NCBI GenBank assembly: GCA_003560165.1
Contig: PWJC01000070.1
Span: forward strand, 594 to 64,593
Source of the DNA: Bacteroidales bacterium
GTDB lineage: Bacteria; Bacteroidota; Bacteroidia; Bacteroidales; UBA7960
Direction of reading: 5' to 3'
DNA length: 64,000 bases
Part shown: positions 1 to 8,280 of the stretch, one piece after another
Layout: each line of letters opens with the position of its first letter
Position numbering within the stretch: the stretch's first letter is position 1
The notes under the pieces: generated by a model
Told to the model about the DNA's origin: nothing
The model's input: the letters and a program-made list of their open reading frames with translations, nothing else
Databases searched by the model: none
Translations under genes and position numbers: made by a program

Positions 1-636
1 GGACCTAACGGAGGGGGCAAAACCACCCTGGTCAAGGTGATACTGGGGCTGCTCCCCCCTTTTTCAGGCTCGGTCAGCTTCCCTCGCGGAAAGCCGGCCA
101 TAGGCTATCTTCCCCAGGTAAGCCAGATAGACAAAAGTTTCCCGATCACCGTCAAAGACCTGGTCAATTCAGGTCTCAAAAGCCGGAACAACTGGTTTCC
201 GCAACTCACGGCAGGGCAGCGGAAACAACTGCATCAGATGCTGGATGAGGCAGGATTATCGGCCATCGCCTCACGCCCGATCGGCGACTTGAGCGGGGGG
301 CAGCTGCAAAAAGCCCTGCTTTGCCGGGCATTGATCAACCGGCCAGGACTGCTGATTCTTGATGAGCCCGACACCCATGTAGACAAAGCCTTTGAACAGG
401 AATTATACAGCTGGCTCAGGGAACTTAACCAGGAGATGGCCATTTTGCTGGTATCGCACGATATCGGCACCATTTCGCCCCTGGTGAAAACCATTGCCTG
501 TGTTAACGGGCAACTCCACTATCATCCATCCAACCAGCTATCGGAAGAGGTATTGAAAGTGTATAATTGTCCGGTCGACCTCATTGCTCACGGGCCCATT
601 CCCCACCGGGTACTTAAATCGCACGACCATGCGTGA
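1..636 (+). CDS. Metal (Zn/Mn-type) ABC transporter ATP-binding subunit, 5' end cut by window edge
   Basis: Frame 1 is open from base 1 (GPNGGGKTTLVKVILG = Walker A). ABC signature LSGGQLQK, Walker B LLILDEPD, H-loop VSHD. TGA stop 634-636 overlaps the next ATG (ATGCGTGA). Confidence 0.85.
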   Translation, partial: GPNGGGKTTLVKVILGLLPPFSGSVSFPRGKPAIGYLPQVSQIDKSFPITVKDLVNSGLKSRNNWFPQLTAGQRKQLHQMLDEAGLSAIASRPIGDLSGGQLQKALLCRALINRPGLLILDEPDTHVDKAFEQELYSWLRELNQEMAILLVSHDIGTISPLVKTIACVNGQLHYHPSNQLSEEVLKVYNCPVDLIAHGPIPHRVLKSHDHA

Positions 637-1480
637 CCTCCTCCTGGTGTTTGAATACCAGTTTTTCCAGAACGCTGTGATGGCCGCCATCCTGACCAGC
701 ATCATCGCCGCCATGGTTGGCACCTATGTGGTGTCGCGCAAGATCGTTTTTATCGCCGGAGGCGTTACTCATGCTTCCTTCGGCGGGATCGGCATGGCCT
801 ATTTTTTCGGGATTAATCCTTTTTTAGGGGCTGCTGTCTTTGCCGTGCTGTCGTCGACAGGCATCGAATGGATATCAGGAAGGGGCAAGGTGAGGGAAGA
901 CAGCGCCATTGCCATTTTGTGGTCGCTGGGCATGGCCCTGGGAATTATCTTTGTGTTTATGACTCCGGGCTATACCCCCAACCTGCTCAGCTTCCTTTTT
1001 GGGAACATCCTGTCGGTAGGGAGGTCGGAACTGTATTTGCTGGGGGCATTCTGCCTGGTCACCATCGCCGTGTTCGCCGTATTTTTCCGCCCCATACTCT
1101 ATACCGCTTTCGACCCCGAGTTTGCAAAGGTCATGGGAATCCGGGTGGCCTTTTTCCGCTACCTGATGTCGGTGGTAATCGCACTGGCTATTGTTTTCAG
1201 CATCCGTTCACTGGGTATCATCCTGGTTCTGAGCATCTTTACCCTGCCCCAGATCACGGCCATGCTGTTCACCCGCAATTTTGCCTTCATCATGCCGCTG
1301 GCTTCCCTCTGGGGAATTACCGGATCACTGAGCGGGCTGCTGGCTTCCTACATCATGGACATCCCTGCAGCTGCCTCCATTATTTTTTTCCTCACCCTGC
1401 AGTTTCTGCTGATCCGGCTGATTGTCACCCTGCGCATGCTGATGCTGCGAAAGCTGAGCCAAAAACCGGTCAAGGGTTGA
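629..1480 (+). CDS. Metal ABC transporter permease (ABC-3 / ZnuB-TroCD-like)
   Basis: Multi-TM protein starting MRDLLLVFEYQFFQNAVMAAIL, typical of the ABC-3 family. Start codon overlaps the ATPase stop. The track start at 584 is an upstream extension. Confidence 0.8.
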   Translation: MRDLLLVFEYQFFQNAVMAAILTSIIAAMVGTYVVSRKIVFIAGGVTHASFGGIGMAYFFGINPFLGAAVFAVLSSTGIEWISGRGKVREDSAIAILWSLGMALGIIFVFMTPGYTPNLLSFLFGNILSVGRSELYLLGAFCLVTIAVFAVFFRPILYTAFDPEFAKVMGIRVAFFRYLMSVVIALAIVFSIRSLGIILVLSIFTLPQITAMLFTRNFAFIMPLASLWGITGSLSGLLASYIMDIPAAASIIFFLTLQFLLIRLIVTLRMLMLRKLSQKPVKG

Positions 1481-1541
1481 ACCAATGAAATGTTCTCCTG
1501 TTGTATACATATTAACGCCTGCAAGCCTAAAACCACACCCT

Positions 1542-1796
1542 ATGAAACAACGCATCGCCTTCATTGCCGCCATGTTATTAACCGCCCACAACCTGGTTTT
1601 CGCACAAAGACCAACTCACCTGCCCTATAACGGGGAGCCGGTTGGCTTTCTCGAAAACCCGGTTAACTTCATTGTATTTGTTGTGATCCCCTTGTTGATC
1701 ATCGTGTTGTATATCATTTGGAGGATCAAAAAACACAAGGAAAAAAAGGAATACGAACGGATCGTAAAAGAAAAAATTGAAAAAGAAAAACCGTAA
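1542..1796 (+). CDS. Hypothetical small membrane-anchored protein (signal peptide, one TM, Lys/Glu-rich tail)
   Basis: Internal ATG gives MKQRIAFIAAMLLTAHNLVFAQ (signal-like), then a TM segment and a KHKEKKEYERIVKEKIEKEK tail. Its TAA is directly followed by the next ATG (1797). No family recognised. Confidence 0.4.
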   Translation: MKQRIAFIAAMLLTAHNLVFAQRPTHLPYNGEPVGFLENPVNFIVFVVIPLLIIVLYIIWRIKKHKEKKEYERIVKEKIEKEKP

Positions 1797-2474
1797 ATGG
1801 CCATGGAAAAACATACCGTATCGATCAAGTCGATCGAAAATGTAACCCACGACACCCTGAAGATCCACACCGAAAAACCTGCAAATTATACGTTCAAGCC
1901 AGGACAGGCCACAGAGATCGCCATCAACAAGAACGGCTGGCAAAATGAGAGGAGGCCGTTTACCTTCACCTCGCTGCCCGAAGACAAAGACCTGCAGTTT
2001 GTCATCAAAACCTATCCCGAGCATGACGGGGCCACCGACAAACTGCTCGACCTGGTACCCGGCGATGAACTCATACTGCACGAGGTCTTCGGCAGCATCA
2101 CCTACCACGGCCAGGGGGTTTTCATTGCCGGTGGCGCCGGGGTCACTCCCTTTCTGGCCATTTTCAGGGACCTCTACCGCAAGGACTCCTCCGACAGCAA
2201 CACCCTGATTTTTGCCAACAAAACCCGCGACGACATCATCCTCAAAGAAGAGCTGGAGCAAATGCTGGACGGGCAGGTGGTACACATTTTGTCGGAGGAA
2301 AAGACCGATGAATATGCCCACGGTTTCATTACCCGGGAGTTTCTTGAACAACACATCAATGACAAGGGGCAGTATTTCTACATCTGTGGGCCCGAACCGA
2401 TGATGGAGGCCGTAGAAAAACACCTGGACAAGTTGGGGATACCCAAAGAAAACCGGGTCAAAGAAAGCTGGTAG
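1797..2474 (+). CDS. FAD/NAD(P)-binding oxidoreductase, ferredoxin-NADP reductase-like (FNR/Fre family)
   Basis: RPFTFTS (RxY[ST] FAD motif), GGAGVTPFLAIF (NAD(P) GxGxxP motif), C-terminal YICGPEPMM. Confidence 0.75.
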   Translation: MAMEKHTVSIKSIENVTHDTLKIHTEKPANYTFKPGQATEIAINKNGWQNERRPFTFTSLPEDKDLQFVIKTYPEHDGATDKLLDLVPGDELILHEVFGSITYHGQGVFIAGGAGVTPFLAIFRDLYRKDSSDSNTLIFANKTRDDIILKEELEQMLDGQVVHILSEEKTDEYAHGFITREFLEQHINDKGQYFYICGPEPMMEAVEKHLDKLGIPKENRVKESW

Positions 2475-2495
2475 GCATTGATCCCTCTCCCGGGC

Positions 2496-3710
2496 TCAGG
2501 CATCGATCACGCCTGAGCCGATGCATTCATCGCCCTGGTACCAGGCCACGAACTGCCCGGGGGCAATTCCCCGCTGAGGCTCCCCGAACAATACATACAT
2601 TCCCTGCTCGCGCATGATCAGCATGGCGGGACTCAATGGCTGCCTGTGGCGGATGCGTACCATCAGTCTTATCGCCTCACCGGGCTTCAGCTGCAGATCG
2701 TCCCGGATCCAGTGAACGGCTGAGGCCTCCACAAAAAGCCCCTGCCGGTACAGTCCGGGATGGTCCTCGCCCATACCGGCAAAGATCAGGTTTGAACCGG
2801 TATCGGTGGCCAGGACAAAGAGCGGCCGTTGCAACCCCCCCACATTCAATCCCTTACGCTGGCCAATAGTGAAAAAATGAGCCCCCTGGTGTTCGCCCAG
2901 CTTCGGGCATTGGGCAGCATGGTAAACGGGAGGGGAACAAAGTTCTTCAAGCAGAGGATCGGGCAGCAGGGCCCATGTTTCCTGTGGGGGAAGTTTGGGC
3001 ATGGCTGCAGATGCTGTTTCCCTGTCTGCCATCAGGATATCCCCCCTTTTGGCTTTCAGCCGCTGCTGAAGAAAATCGGGCAGGTGGACTTTCCCGACAA
3101 AACAAAGGCCCTGGCTGTCTTTCTTTTCGGCTGTGACCAGGCCGAGTTCCCTGGCAATATTCCTTACCTGATGTTTGTGCAGATGTCCGATGGGGAATAG
3201 GGCCCGAGACAGCTGTGCCTGATCGAGCTGGCAAAGAAAATAACTTTGGTCTTTATTGGCATCGGCCCCGGCCAGCAGGCGATAAACCGGACGGCCATCC
3301 TTTTCGGTCACTTCCCTGCGGCAATAATGCCCTGTGGCCACGTAACCGGCCCCCAGCTTGCGGGCCGCATCCAAAAAAACGTCAAACTTTATCTCCCGGT
3401 TGCATAGTACGTCGGGATTGGGGGTGCGCCCTGCCTTGTATTCGGCAAACATATAGTCGACAATGCGGCGGCGGTAAACCTCGCTGAAATCAAGTGTGTG
3501 AAAAGGGATGCCCAAACGGTCGGCCACCATCAGCGCATCTGTGCTGTCTTCCCTCCAGGGACAGTCGGACGAAAGGGTCACCGATTCGTCGTGCCAGTTG
3601 CGCATGAACACCCCCACCACTTCATGCCCCTGCTCCCGGAGCAGCCAGGCTGCCACCGAGCTGTCGACTCCTCCAGACAGTCCTACGATCACACGTTGCT
3701 TTTTCTTCAT
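2496..3710 (-). CDS. mnmA: tRNA 2-thiouridine(34) synthase MnmA
   Basis: PP-loop [13 protein letters not shown], catalytic region CNREIKF, conserved [17 protein letters not shown]. Start is a true ATG. Confidence 0.9.
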   Translation of the reverse strand: MKKKQRVIVGLSGGVDSSVAAWLLREQGHEVVGVFMRNWHDESVTLSSDCPWREDSTDALMVADRLGIPFHTLDFSEVYRRRIVDYMFAEYKAGRTPNPDVLCNREIKFDVFLDAARKLGAGYVATGHYCRREVTEKDGRPVYRLLAGADANKDQSYFLCQLDQAQLSRALFPIGHLHKHQVRNIARELGLVTAEKKDSQGLCFVGKVHLPDFLQQRLKAKRGDILMADRETASAAMPKLPPQETWALLPDPLLEELCSPPVYHAAQCPKLGEHQGAHFFTIGQRKGLNVGGLQRPLFVLATDTGSNLIFAGMGEDHPGLYRQGLFVEASAVHWIRDDLQLKPGEAIRLMVRIRHRQPLSPAMLIMREQGMYVLFGEPQRGIAPGQFVAWYQGDECIGSGVIDA

Positions 3711-3852
3711 TTATTCAAAAATACCAGGGGGTGCGCAACAACGCAACAGTAAAAGTACAACAAACTTACAAAGAGTTTCTACTGCAAACATCCTGCCAGC
3801 AAAAACTTCCCACAGCCAGGAAGACCAAACAAAAAATTGGATACCTTTACCG

Positions 3853-4040
3853 GAAGGTAGAAGGTAAAGGTAGAAGGTAGAAGGTAGAAGGTAGAAGGTA
3901 GAAGGTAGAAGATAGAAAGTAGAAATCAAAAAGCCAATAGCCCAAAGCCAAAAGCCAAAAGCCAACAGCCAATAGCCAAAAGCCAAAAGCCAACAACCAA
4001 AATCTACCTTCCAATTTCTATCCTCTAATTTCTTTTTTCT
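3853..4040. repeat. Composite heptamer tandem-repeat mosaic (GAAGGTA array / GCCAAAA array / inverted TCTACCT-type arm)
   Basis: 7 perfect plus 3 variant GAAGGTA units (3853-3921). Ten 7-nt GCCAAAA-type units (3933-4002). Five TCTAnnT heptamers (4003-4040) that are an imperfect reverse complement of block 1. Confidence 0.9.
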
Positions 4041-4079
4041 GACGTTTTAACCATATTACAACCATAAAACCATAAACGG

Positions 4080-4253
4080 ATGAAAAACGATTCGCACGCA
4101 AGCAATGCCGTATACGGCCTCGGCTTTATCGGCGCAGCCATTTATTTTATTTCCGGGGCCACCGGGATCTGGACCGGTGTGCTCGGTCTGCTAAAAGCCA
4201 TTGTCTGGCCGGCCATCCTGGTTTTCGGAGCTCTGAGCCGGCTTGGGTTATGA
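4080..4253 (+). CDS. Hypothetical 57-aa two-TM membrane protein, translationally coupled to the sulfurtransferase
   Basis: ATG 4080 to TGA 4251-4253 translates to MKNDSHASNAVYGLGFIGAAIYFISGATGIWTGVLGLLKAIVWPAILVFGALSRLGL. It is below the track's length cutoff. Its stop overlaps the next start (ATGA at 4250-4253). Confidence 0.45.
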   Translation: MKNDSHASNAVYGLGFIGAAIYFISGATGIWTGVLGLLKAIVWPAILVFGALSRLGL

Positions 4254-5101
4254 AGAGTGGTTCCCACCTCATCCAGGCCAGGGAACTGGTCAGGCTGGCC
4301 GAAGGCGGGCATGATTTCGTACTCATTGATGCAAGGGCAGGGCAGGATGCCAGGGAAAGGTACCGGGCAGGCCACCTGAGAGGTGCCCTGCATGTACACC
4401 TGGAAGAAGAACTGTCGGACATCCATGAAGACCTCAGGAAGGGAGGGCGGCACCCCCTGCCCTCACCGCAACGTTTTTCTGTGTTTCTGGGTCGCCTGGG
4501 CATTGGTCCGGGCAGCCACGTCGTGGTATGCGACGACCAGGGCGGGGCCAACGCTGCAGCGAGGTTCTGGTGGATGTTAAAGGCCATGGGACACGAAAAG
4601 GTGCAGTTGCTGGACGGGGGGATGCAGTCGGCTCTGAGGTCCGGATACCCCCCGGAGTCCGGAGAAGGAAGCACCGAACCAATGCCGCCTTATTCCGGGA
4701 AGGACTGGGAGCTGCCCACCGCCGGCATGGAAGAGGTGGCCCGTGCCGCTGCACATCCTGATTACCTGGTAGTGGATGTCAGGGGGGAAGCACGCTACCT
4801 GGGCATTGAAGAGCCCATCGATACCATTGCAGGGCATATCCCGGGAGCTGTGAATATGCCTTACGAAAACAACCTGGACGATGACGGATTGTTCCTGCCC
4901 CCGTCCCGACTGCATGAAATGTACAGCAAACTGACAGGCGGCCGGCCGGCATCACAGGTCATCCTGCATTGCGGCTCGGGGGTCACCGCTTGCCACAGCG
5001 CCCTGGCCATGGCTGCTGCGGGTTGGGAAATCCCCCCTGTCTATACCGGTTCGTGGAGCGAATGGTCGAGAAACGGCCGGGCTGTTGCAAGGGAAGTATA
5101 G
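4250..5101 (+). CDS. sseA: Two-domain rhodanese, 3-mercaptopyruvate/thiosulfate sulfurtransferase
   Basis: Tandem rhodanese architecture. Active-site loop HCGSGVTACH matches the CG[ST]GVT loop typical of 3-mercaptopyruvate sulfurtransferases. Confidence 0.8.
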   Translation: MKSGSHLIQARELVRLAEGGHDFVLIDARAGQDARERYRAGHLRGALHVHLEEELSDIHEDLRKGGRHPLPSPQRFSVFLGRLGIGPGSHVVVCDDQGGANAAARFWWMLKAMGHEKVQLLDGGMQSALRSGYPPESGEGSTEPMPPYSGKDWELPTAGMEEVARAAAHPDYLVVDVRGEARYLGIEEPIDTIAGHIPGAVNMPYENNLDDDGLFLPPSRLHEMYSKLTGGRPASQVILHCGSGVTACHSALAMAAAGWEIPPVYTGSWSEWSRNGRAVAREV

Positions 5102-5114
5102 GCTCACAGCCATT

Positions 5115-5411
5115 CTATAAATCTTTTGCGATCAACGCCTTGAGCTGGCTGGGAATGTCGTCGGCATCGGGCTCGGGCTTGATCATCTCCGATATGTCGA
5201 TGGGCCGGTTCACATCGAGCTGCCTGATCTCTTTGAACACGGCAATGTGGTCGAAGGGAATTTCCTCTTCGGCCTCCTCGTTCATTACAGGCATGAAGAG
5301 CGTTCGTCCGAGGGCGTCCCTGAAAGTCAGGGTTCTTTTGTTTTCATCTGCCTGTGCAGAGGCAATGGACAGGGCAAAAATGGCGGCGAAAAGAATGGTT
5401 TTAAATTTCAT
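5115..5411 (-). CDS. Hypothetical small secreted acidic protein
   Basis: MKFKTILFAAIFALSIASAQA signal peptide followed by an acidic mature part. No family recognised. Confidence 0.45.
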   Translation of the reverse strand: MKFKTILFAAIFALSIASAQADENKRTLTFRDALGRTLFMPVMNEEAEEEIPFDHIAVFKEIRQLDVNRPIDISEMIKPEPDADDIPSQLKALIAKDL

Positions 5412-5738
5412 GGCGTTTGGTTTTTTATGTTGTTAAGTTAGTGTTCTACTCATGTAGTACACTAATTTTGTGCCACAAATTGTATTTTATTGGTTTTGTG
5501 ATGTTTGCAAGTTTACTCTTTTTGTTTTGGGTGATTTCTTGGTGAAAATCCATTGGAAAATTGTCCGGCATTGTTACATGATTGAACGAAAACGGACACC
5601 ATGCCCTTTCGTACAAGGATTTGGATTATTGAATAATAATCATTAGATTCGTCTATGTAAATGCCACAGATATTTTTTCTGCTAAAGCCCTGAAGCGGTT
5701 TCAGGAACAAATCATTGTTAAACCAATACACGAGAAAA

Positions 5739-6269
5739 ATGAAGCACGTGAGACGACTCTTACTGGCAGTATGTACATTAGTCATCTTGGGCATACCCGC
5801 CCAAAAAACGCATGCCCGGCAAACCTCGCCCGGCGAAGGCCAGCTCGCAATCAGTGCCGGGCTGTCCTACGGATTCGATATCGAAGAAATCGGGCTCCGG
5901 GCCGGGGCCACTTACTTCCTTGGCGAAGAAATGCGCATTGGCGGCGACCTCACCTACTGGCTAGTCGACACCCAACCAGGGGTCTCGGCCACCTATCTGG
6001 AGTTCAATGCGAACTTCCATTACATCTTTTTCAGCGAAAACGCCCTGATGATCTATGGGGTGGGCGCCCTGGGCCTTCACTATGCCAGCGTGTCGGTCGA
6101 TATCCCCGGAGTGGGTACCGTTTCAGATTCGGACAGCGAGCTGGGCCTGGGCCTTGGTGCCGGCCTGGAATACAATCTGGGCGGGGTTTCCCTGTTTGCC
6201 GAACCCAAGCTGTTTCTCAGCGGCTTCGACCAGTTTAAGTTCAACTTCGGCATACGCTATTACCTCTGA
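5739..6269 (+). CDS. Small outer-membrane beta-barrel protein (OmpA/OmpW-like porin-family barrel)
   Basis: Internal ATG gives a signal peptide (MKHVRRLLLAVCTLVILGIPAQ). Alternating hydrophobic beta-strand pattern with Gly-rich turns and an aromatic C-terminus (FGIRYYL). Confidence 0.6.
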   Translation: MKHVRRLLLAVCTLVILGIPAQKTHARQTSPGEGQLAISAGLSYGFDIEEIGLRAGATYFLGEEMRIGGDLTYWLVDTQPGVSATYLEFNANFHYIFFSENALMIYGVGALGLHYASVSVDIPGVGTVSDSDSELGLGLGAGLEYNLGGVSLFAEPKLFLSGFDQFKFNFGIRYYL

Positions 6270-6315
6270 TCTGGCAAGGCCCGCCCCGATTTTACAAATC
6301 ACACCTAACCCGGCC

Positions 6316-7326
6316 ATGATGCAGGAGGCCCTTCATTATGCCATGAACAAAAAGGGGGAGGCCGAATGCCTGCTTTGCCCCCACCTTTGCCGGATGCCCC
6401 CCGGGCATACCGGCAAATGCGGGGTGCGCCGCCACATCAACGGACAACTGTTTTCACTGAATTACGGACTCATAAGCGCCCTGTGCACCGACCCCATCGA
6501 AAAAAAATCCCTTTACCATTTTTTCCCCGGCCATCAGATCCTGTCGGTGGGCAGCTTTGGATGCAACTTCCGTTGCGGCTGGTGCCAGAACGCAACCATT
6601 TCGCAATGCTGCCCCGACGATTTCGGCCGGCCGGAACCCACCCCCCCTGGGGTCCTTTTGGAATCGGCCGGAAAATCAGGGGGGATCGGACTGGCCTACA
6701 CCTATAACGAGCCCACTGTATGGTTCGAATACATGCTTGATTCGGCCCGGCAGATCAACGACAGGGGGATGAAGAACGTGGTGGTGAGCAACGGCTACAT
6801 CAACAGGGAACCTCTGGAGGAGCTGATGGAGGTGGTACATGCTTTTAATATCGACCTGAAAGCCTTCGACCGGAGTTTTTACCGCAGGGAAACCGGAGGC
6901 AAGCTACAGCCTGTGAAAGAAAGCCTGAAGGCCATTTCGCGAAAAGGCATTCACCTGGAAATCACCTACCTGGTCATTCCGGGACTGAACCACGATGCCC
7001 TGGCCTTTGAAGGGATGATTGAATGGATACAGCAAGAGTTGGGCCCGGAAACCATACTTCACCTGAGTCGTTATTTTCCGGCCCGGAAGATGCAACAGCC
7101 ACCCACCCCCGCTGAGACAATGCAGGAGCTGTACCATACCGCACGGCAGCGACTTCCCTATGTTTACCTGGGCAATATGCCCGCCAGTCAGGGAGGGACT
7201 GCCACCCGTTGTCCGGATTGCGAACAGCTGGTCATTGAACGCACCGGATACCGGGTCAGCAAATTGGGGATGGATGCATCAGGAAAGTGTACGGGCTGTT
7301 CCAAAAGTATTTGCATCATGTCATAG
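6316..7326 (+). CDS. amrS: AmmeMemoRadiSam system radical SAM enzyme
   Basis: N-terminal Cys cluster CLLCPHLC...GKCGVRR, then DPIEKKSLYHFFPG and the radical-SAM motif GCNFRCGWCQN. The track ORF from 6055 is an upstream extension overlapping the OMP gene. Confidence 0.8.
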   Translation: MMQEALHYAMNKKGEAECLLCPHLCRMPPGHTGKCGVRRHINGQLFSLNYGLISALCTDPIEKKSLYHFFPGHQILSVGSFGCNFRCGWCQNATISQCCPDDFGRPEPTPPGVLLESAGKSGGIGLAYTYNEPTVWFEYMLDSARQINDRGMKNVVVSNGYINREPLEELMEVVHAFNIDLKAFDRSFYRRETGGKLQPVKESLKAISRKGIHLEITYLVIPGLNHDALAFEGMIEWIQQELGPETILHLSRYFPARKMQQPPTPAETMQELYHTARQRLPYVYLGNMPASQGGTATRCPDCEQLVIERTGYRVSKLGMDASGKCTGCSKSICIMS

Positions 7327-7349
7327 GAAGCACCCCAAAAGCCAATCCG

Positions 7350-8201
7350 ATGGAAAACTCTTCGTCCACCAGACCCCCTGCCGTATCCGGCATGTTCTAC
7401 CCTGATTCCGGACACCGGATCAGGGAGATTTTGAACGATGCCCTGGAGCGGGAAAAGCCAGGGATCGATGCCATCCGCTTCGACGGCCACATTGCGGGTG
7501 GGGTGGTGCCTCATGCCGGCCTGGCCTATTGCGCCCCCCAGGCCGTACATTTTTTCGAACAACACCGCCGATGGGGAAGGCCTCCGGATACCGTTCTGAT
7601 CGTACACCCAAATCACGGCGGACAGGGTCCCGGGCTGTCGGTGGACGGGCACAGGCACTGGGAAACCCCTATGGGCAGCCTGGCTGTCGACATCCCTTTC
7701 ATGGAATCACTCGGCTTGCCGGTTTCGCCACGTGCCCAGGAATCCGAACACTCGGCCGAGGTCATCCTTCCCTACCTGCAGTATTTTTTCTCCTTCAACT
7801 ACCGCATCCTCGCAGTGAATATCCGGGATCAGGATGCCGCCACGGCCATCGATCTGGCCAATAAAATCCACCGGGTATCCAAACACATGAACAGGAAACT
7901 GCTCTTTATCGCATCCAGCGATTTTTCCCATTTTCTTTCTCCCGAAAGGGCCATGGAACGCGACAGCCTGGTGCTGCAAAAGATACTCAGCCGCGACACA
8001 AAGGGGGTGCACAAGGTAGTCACCGGCGAACAGATCACTGTGTGCGGCTACGGACCCATCATGGCACTCATGGAATATACCCGGCTGCTGGACCCCGGAT
8101 ACAGGGTACATGTGCTACGCAGGGGGCATTCGGGCGAGGCAAGCCCCTCCGACAGGGTGGTGAGCTATGTGTCACTGCTTTTTGAGTTCGGAAGCGACTA
8201 A
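7350..8201 (+). CDS. amrB: AmmeMemoRadiSam system protein B (MEMO1 family)
   Basis: Memo hallmarks VSGMFYP, VPHAGLAYC, EHSAEVILPYLQ, SSDFSHF, CGYGPI. Lies 23 nt after amrS. Confidence 0.8.
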   Translation: MENSSSTRPPAVSGMFYPDSGHRIREILNDALEREKPGIDAIRFDGHIAGGVVPHAGLAYCAPQAVHFFEQHRRWGRPPDTVLIVHPNHGGQGPGLSVDGHRHWETPMGSLAVDIPFMESLGLPVSPRAQESEHSAEVILPYLQYFFSFNYRILAVNIRDQDAATAIDLANKIHRVSKHMNRKLLFIASSDFSHFLSPERAMERDSLVLQKILSRDTKGVHKVVTGEQITVCGYGPIMALMEYTRLLDPGYRVHVLRRGHSGEASPSDRVVSYVSLLFEFGSD

Positions 8202-8280
8202 TACTGCCAGTTCCCTGAAAGTATTCTTACTTTTGCAGCTCCAGGCATCACTGGTTACCTGGCGATGGCCAGGACCCGGG

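Noticed and set aside
2496-3710. MnmA is about 40 aa longer than the Escherichia coli-type enzyme, due to an insert before [17 protein letters not shown]
   Set aside because: To my recollection Bacteroidota MnmA proteins commonly carry an insertion at this position. It is probably lineage-typical rather than novel.
3711-3986. 91-aa ORF (…FYLLPSTFYLLPSTFYL…) upstream of mnmA
   Set aside because: Its periodic sequence is simply the translation of the GAAGGTA/GCCAAAA heptamer arrays. It is not a credible protein.
6055-6315. Long N-terminal extensions in the ORF track (amrS from 6055, UDG from 16748, pnuC from 27604, permease from 33832, LRR protein from 37847, tocopherol cyclase-like from 41011, PAP2 from 54975)
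   Set aside because: The extensions overlap upstream genes or promoter boxes, lack family similarity, and are compositionally atypical. Internal ATGs give canonical N-termini.
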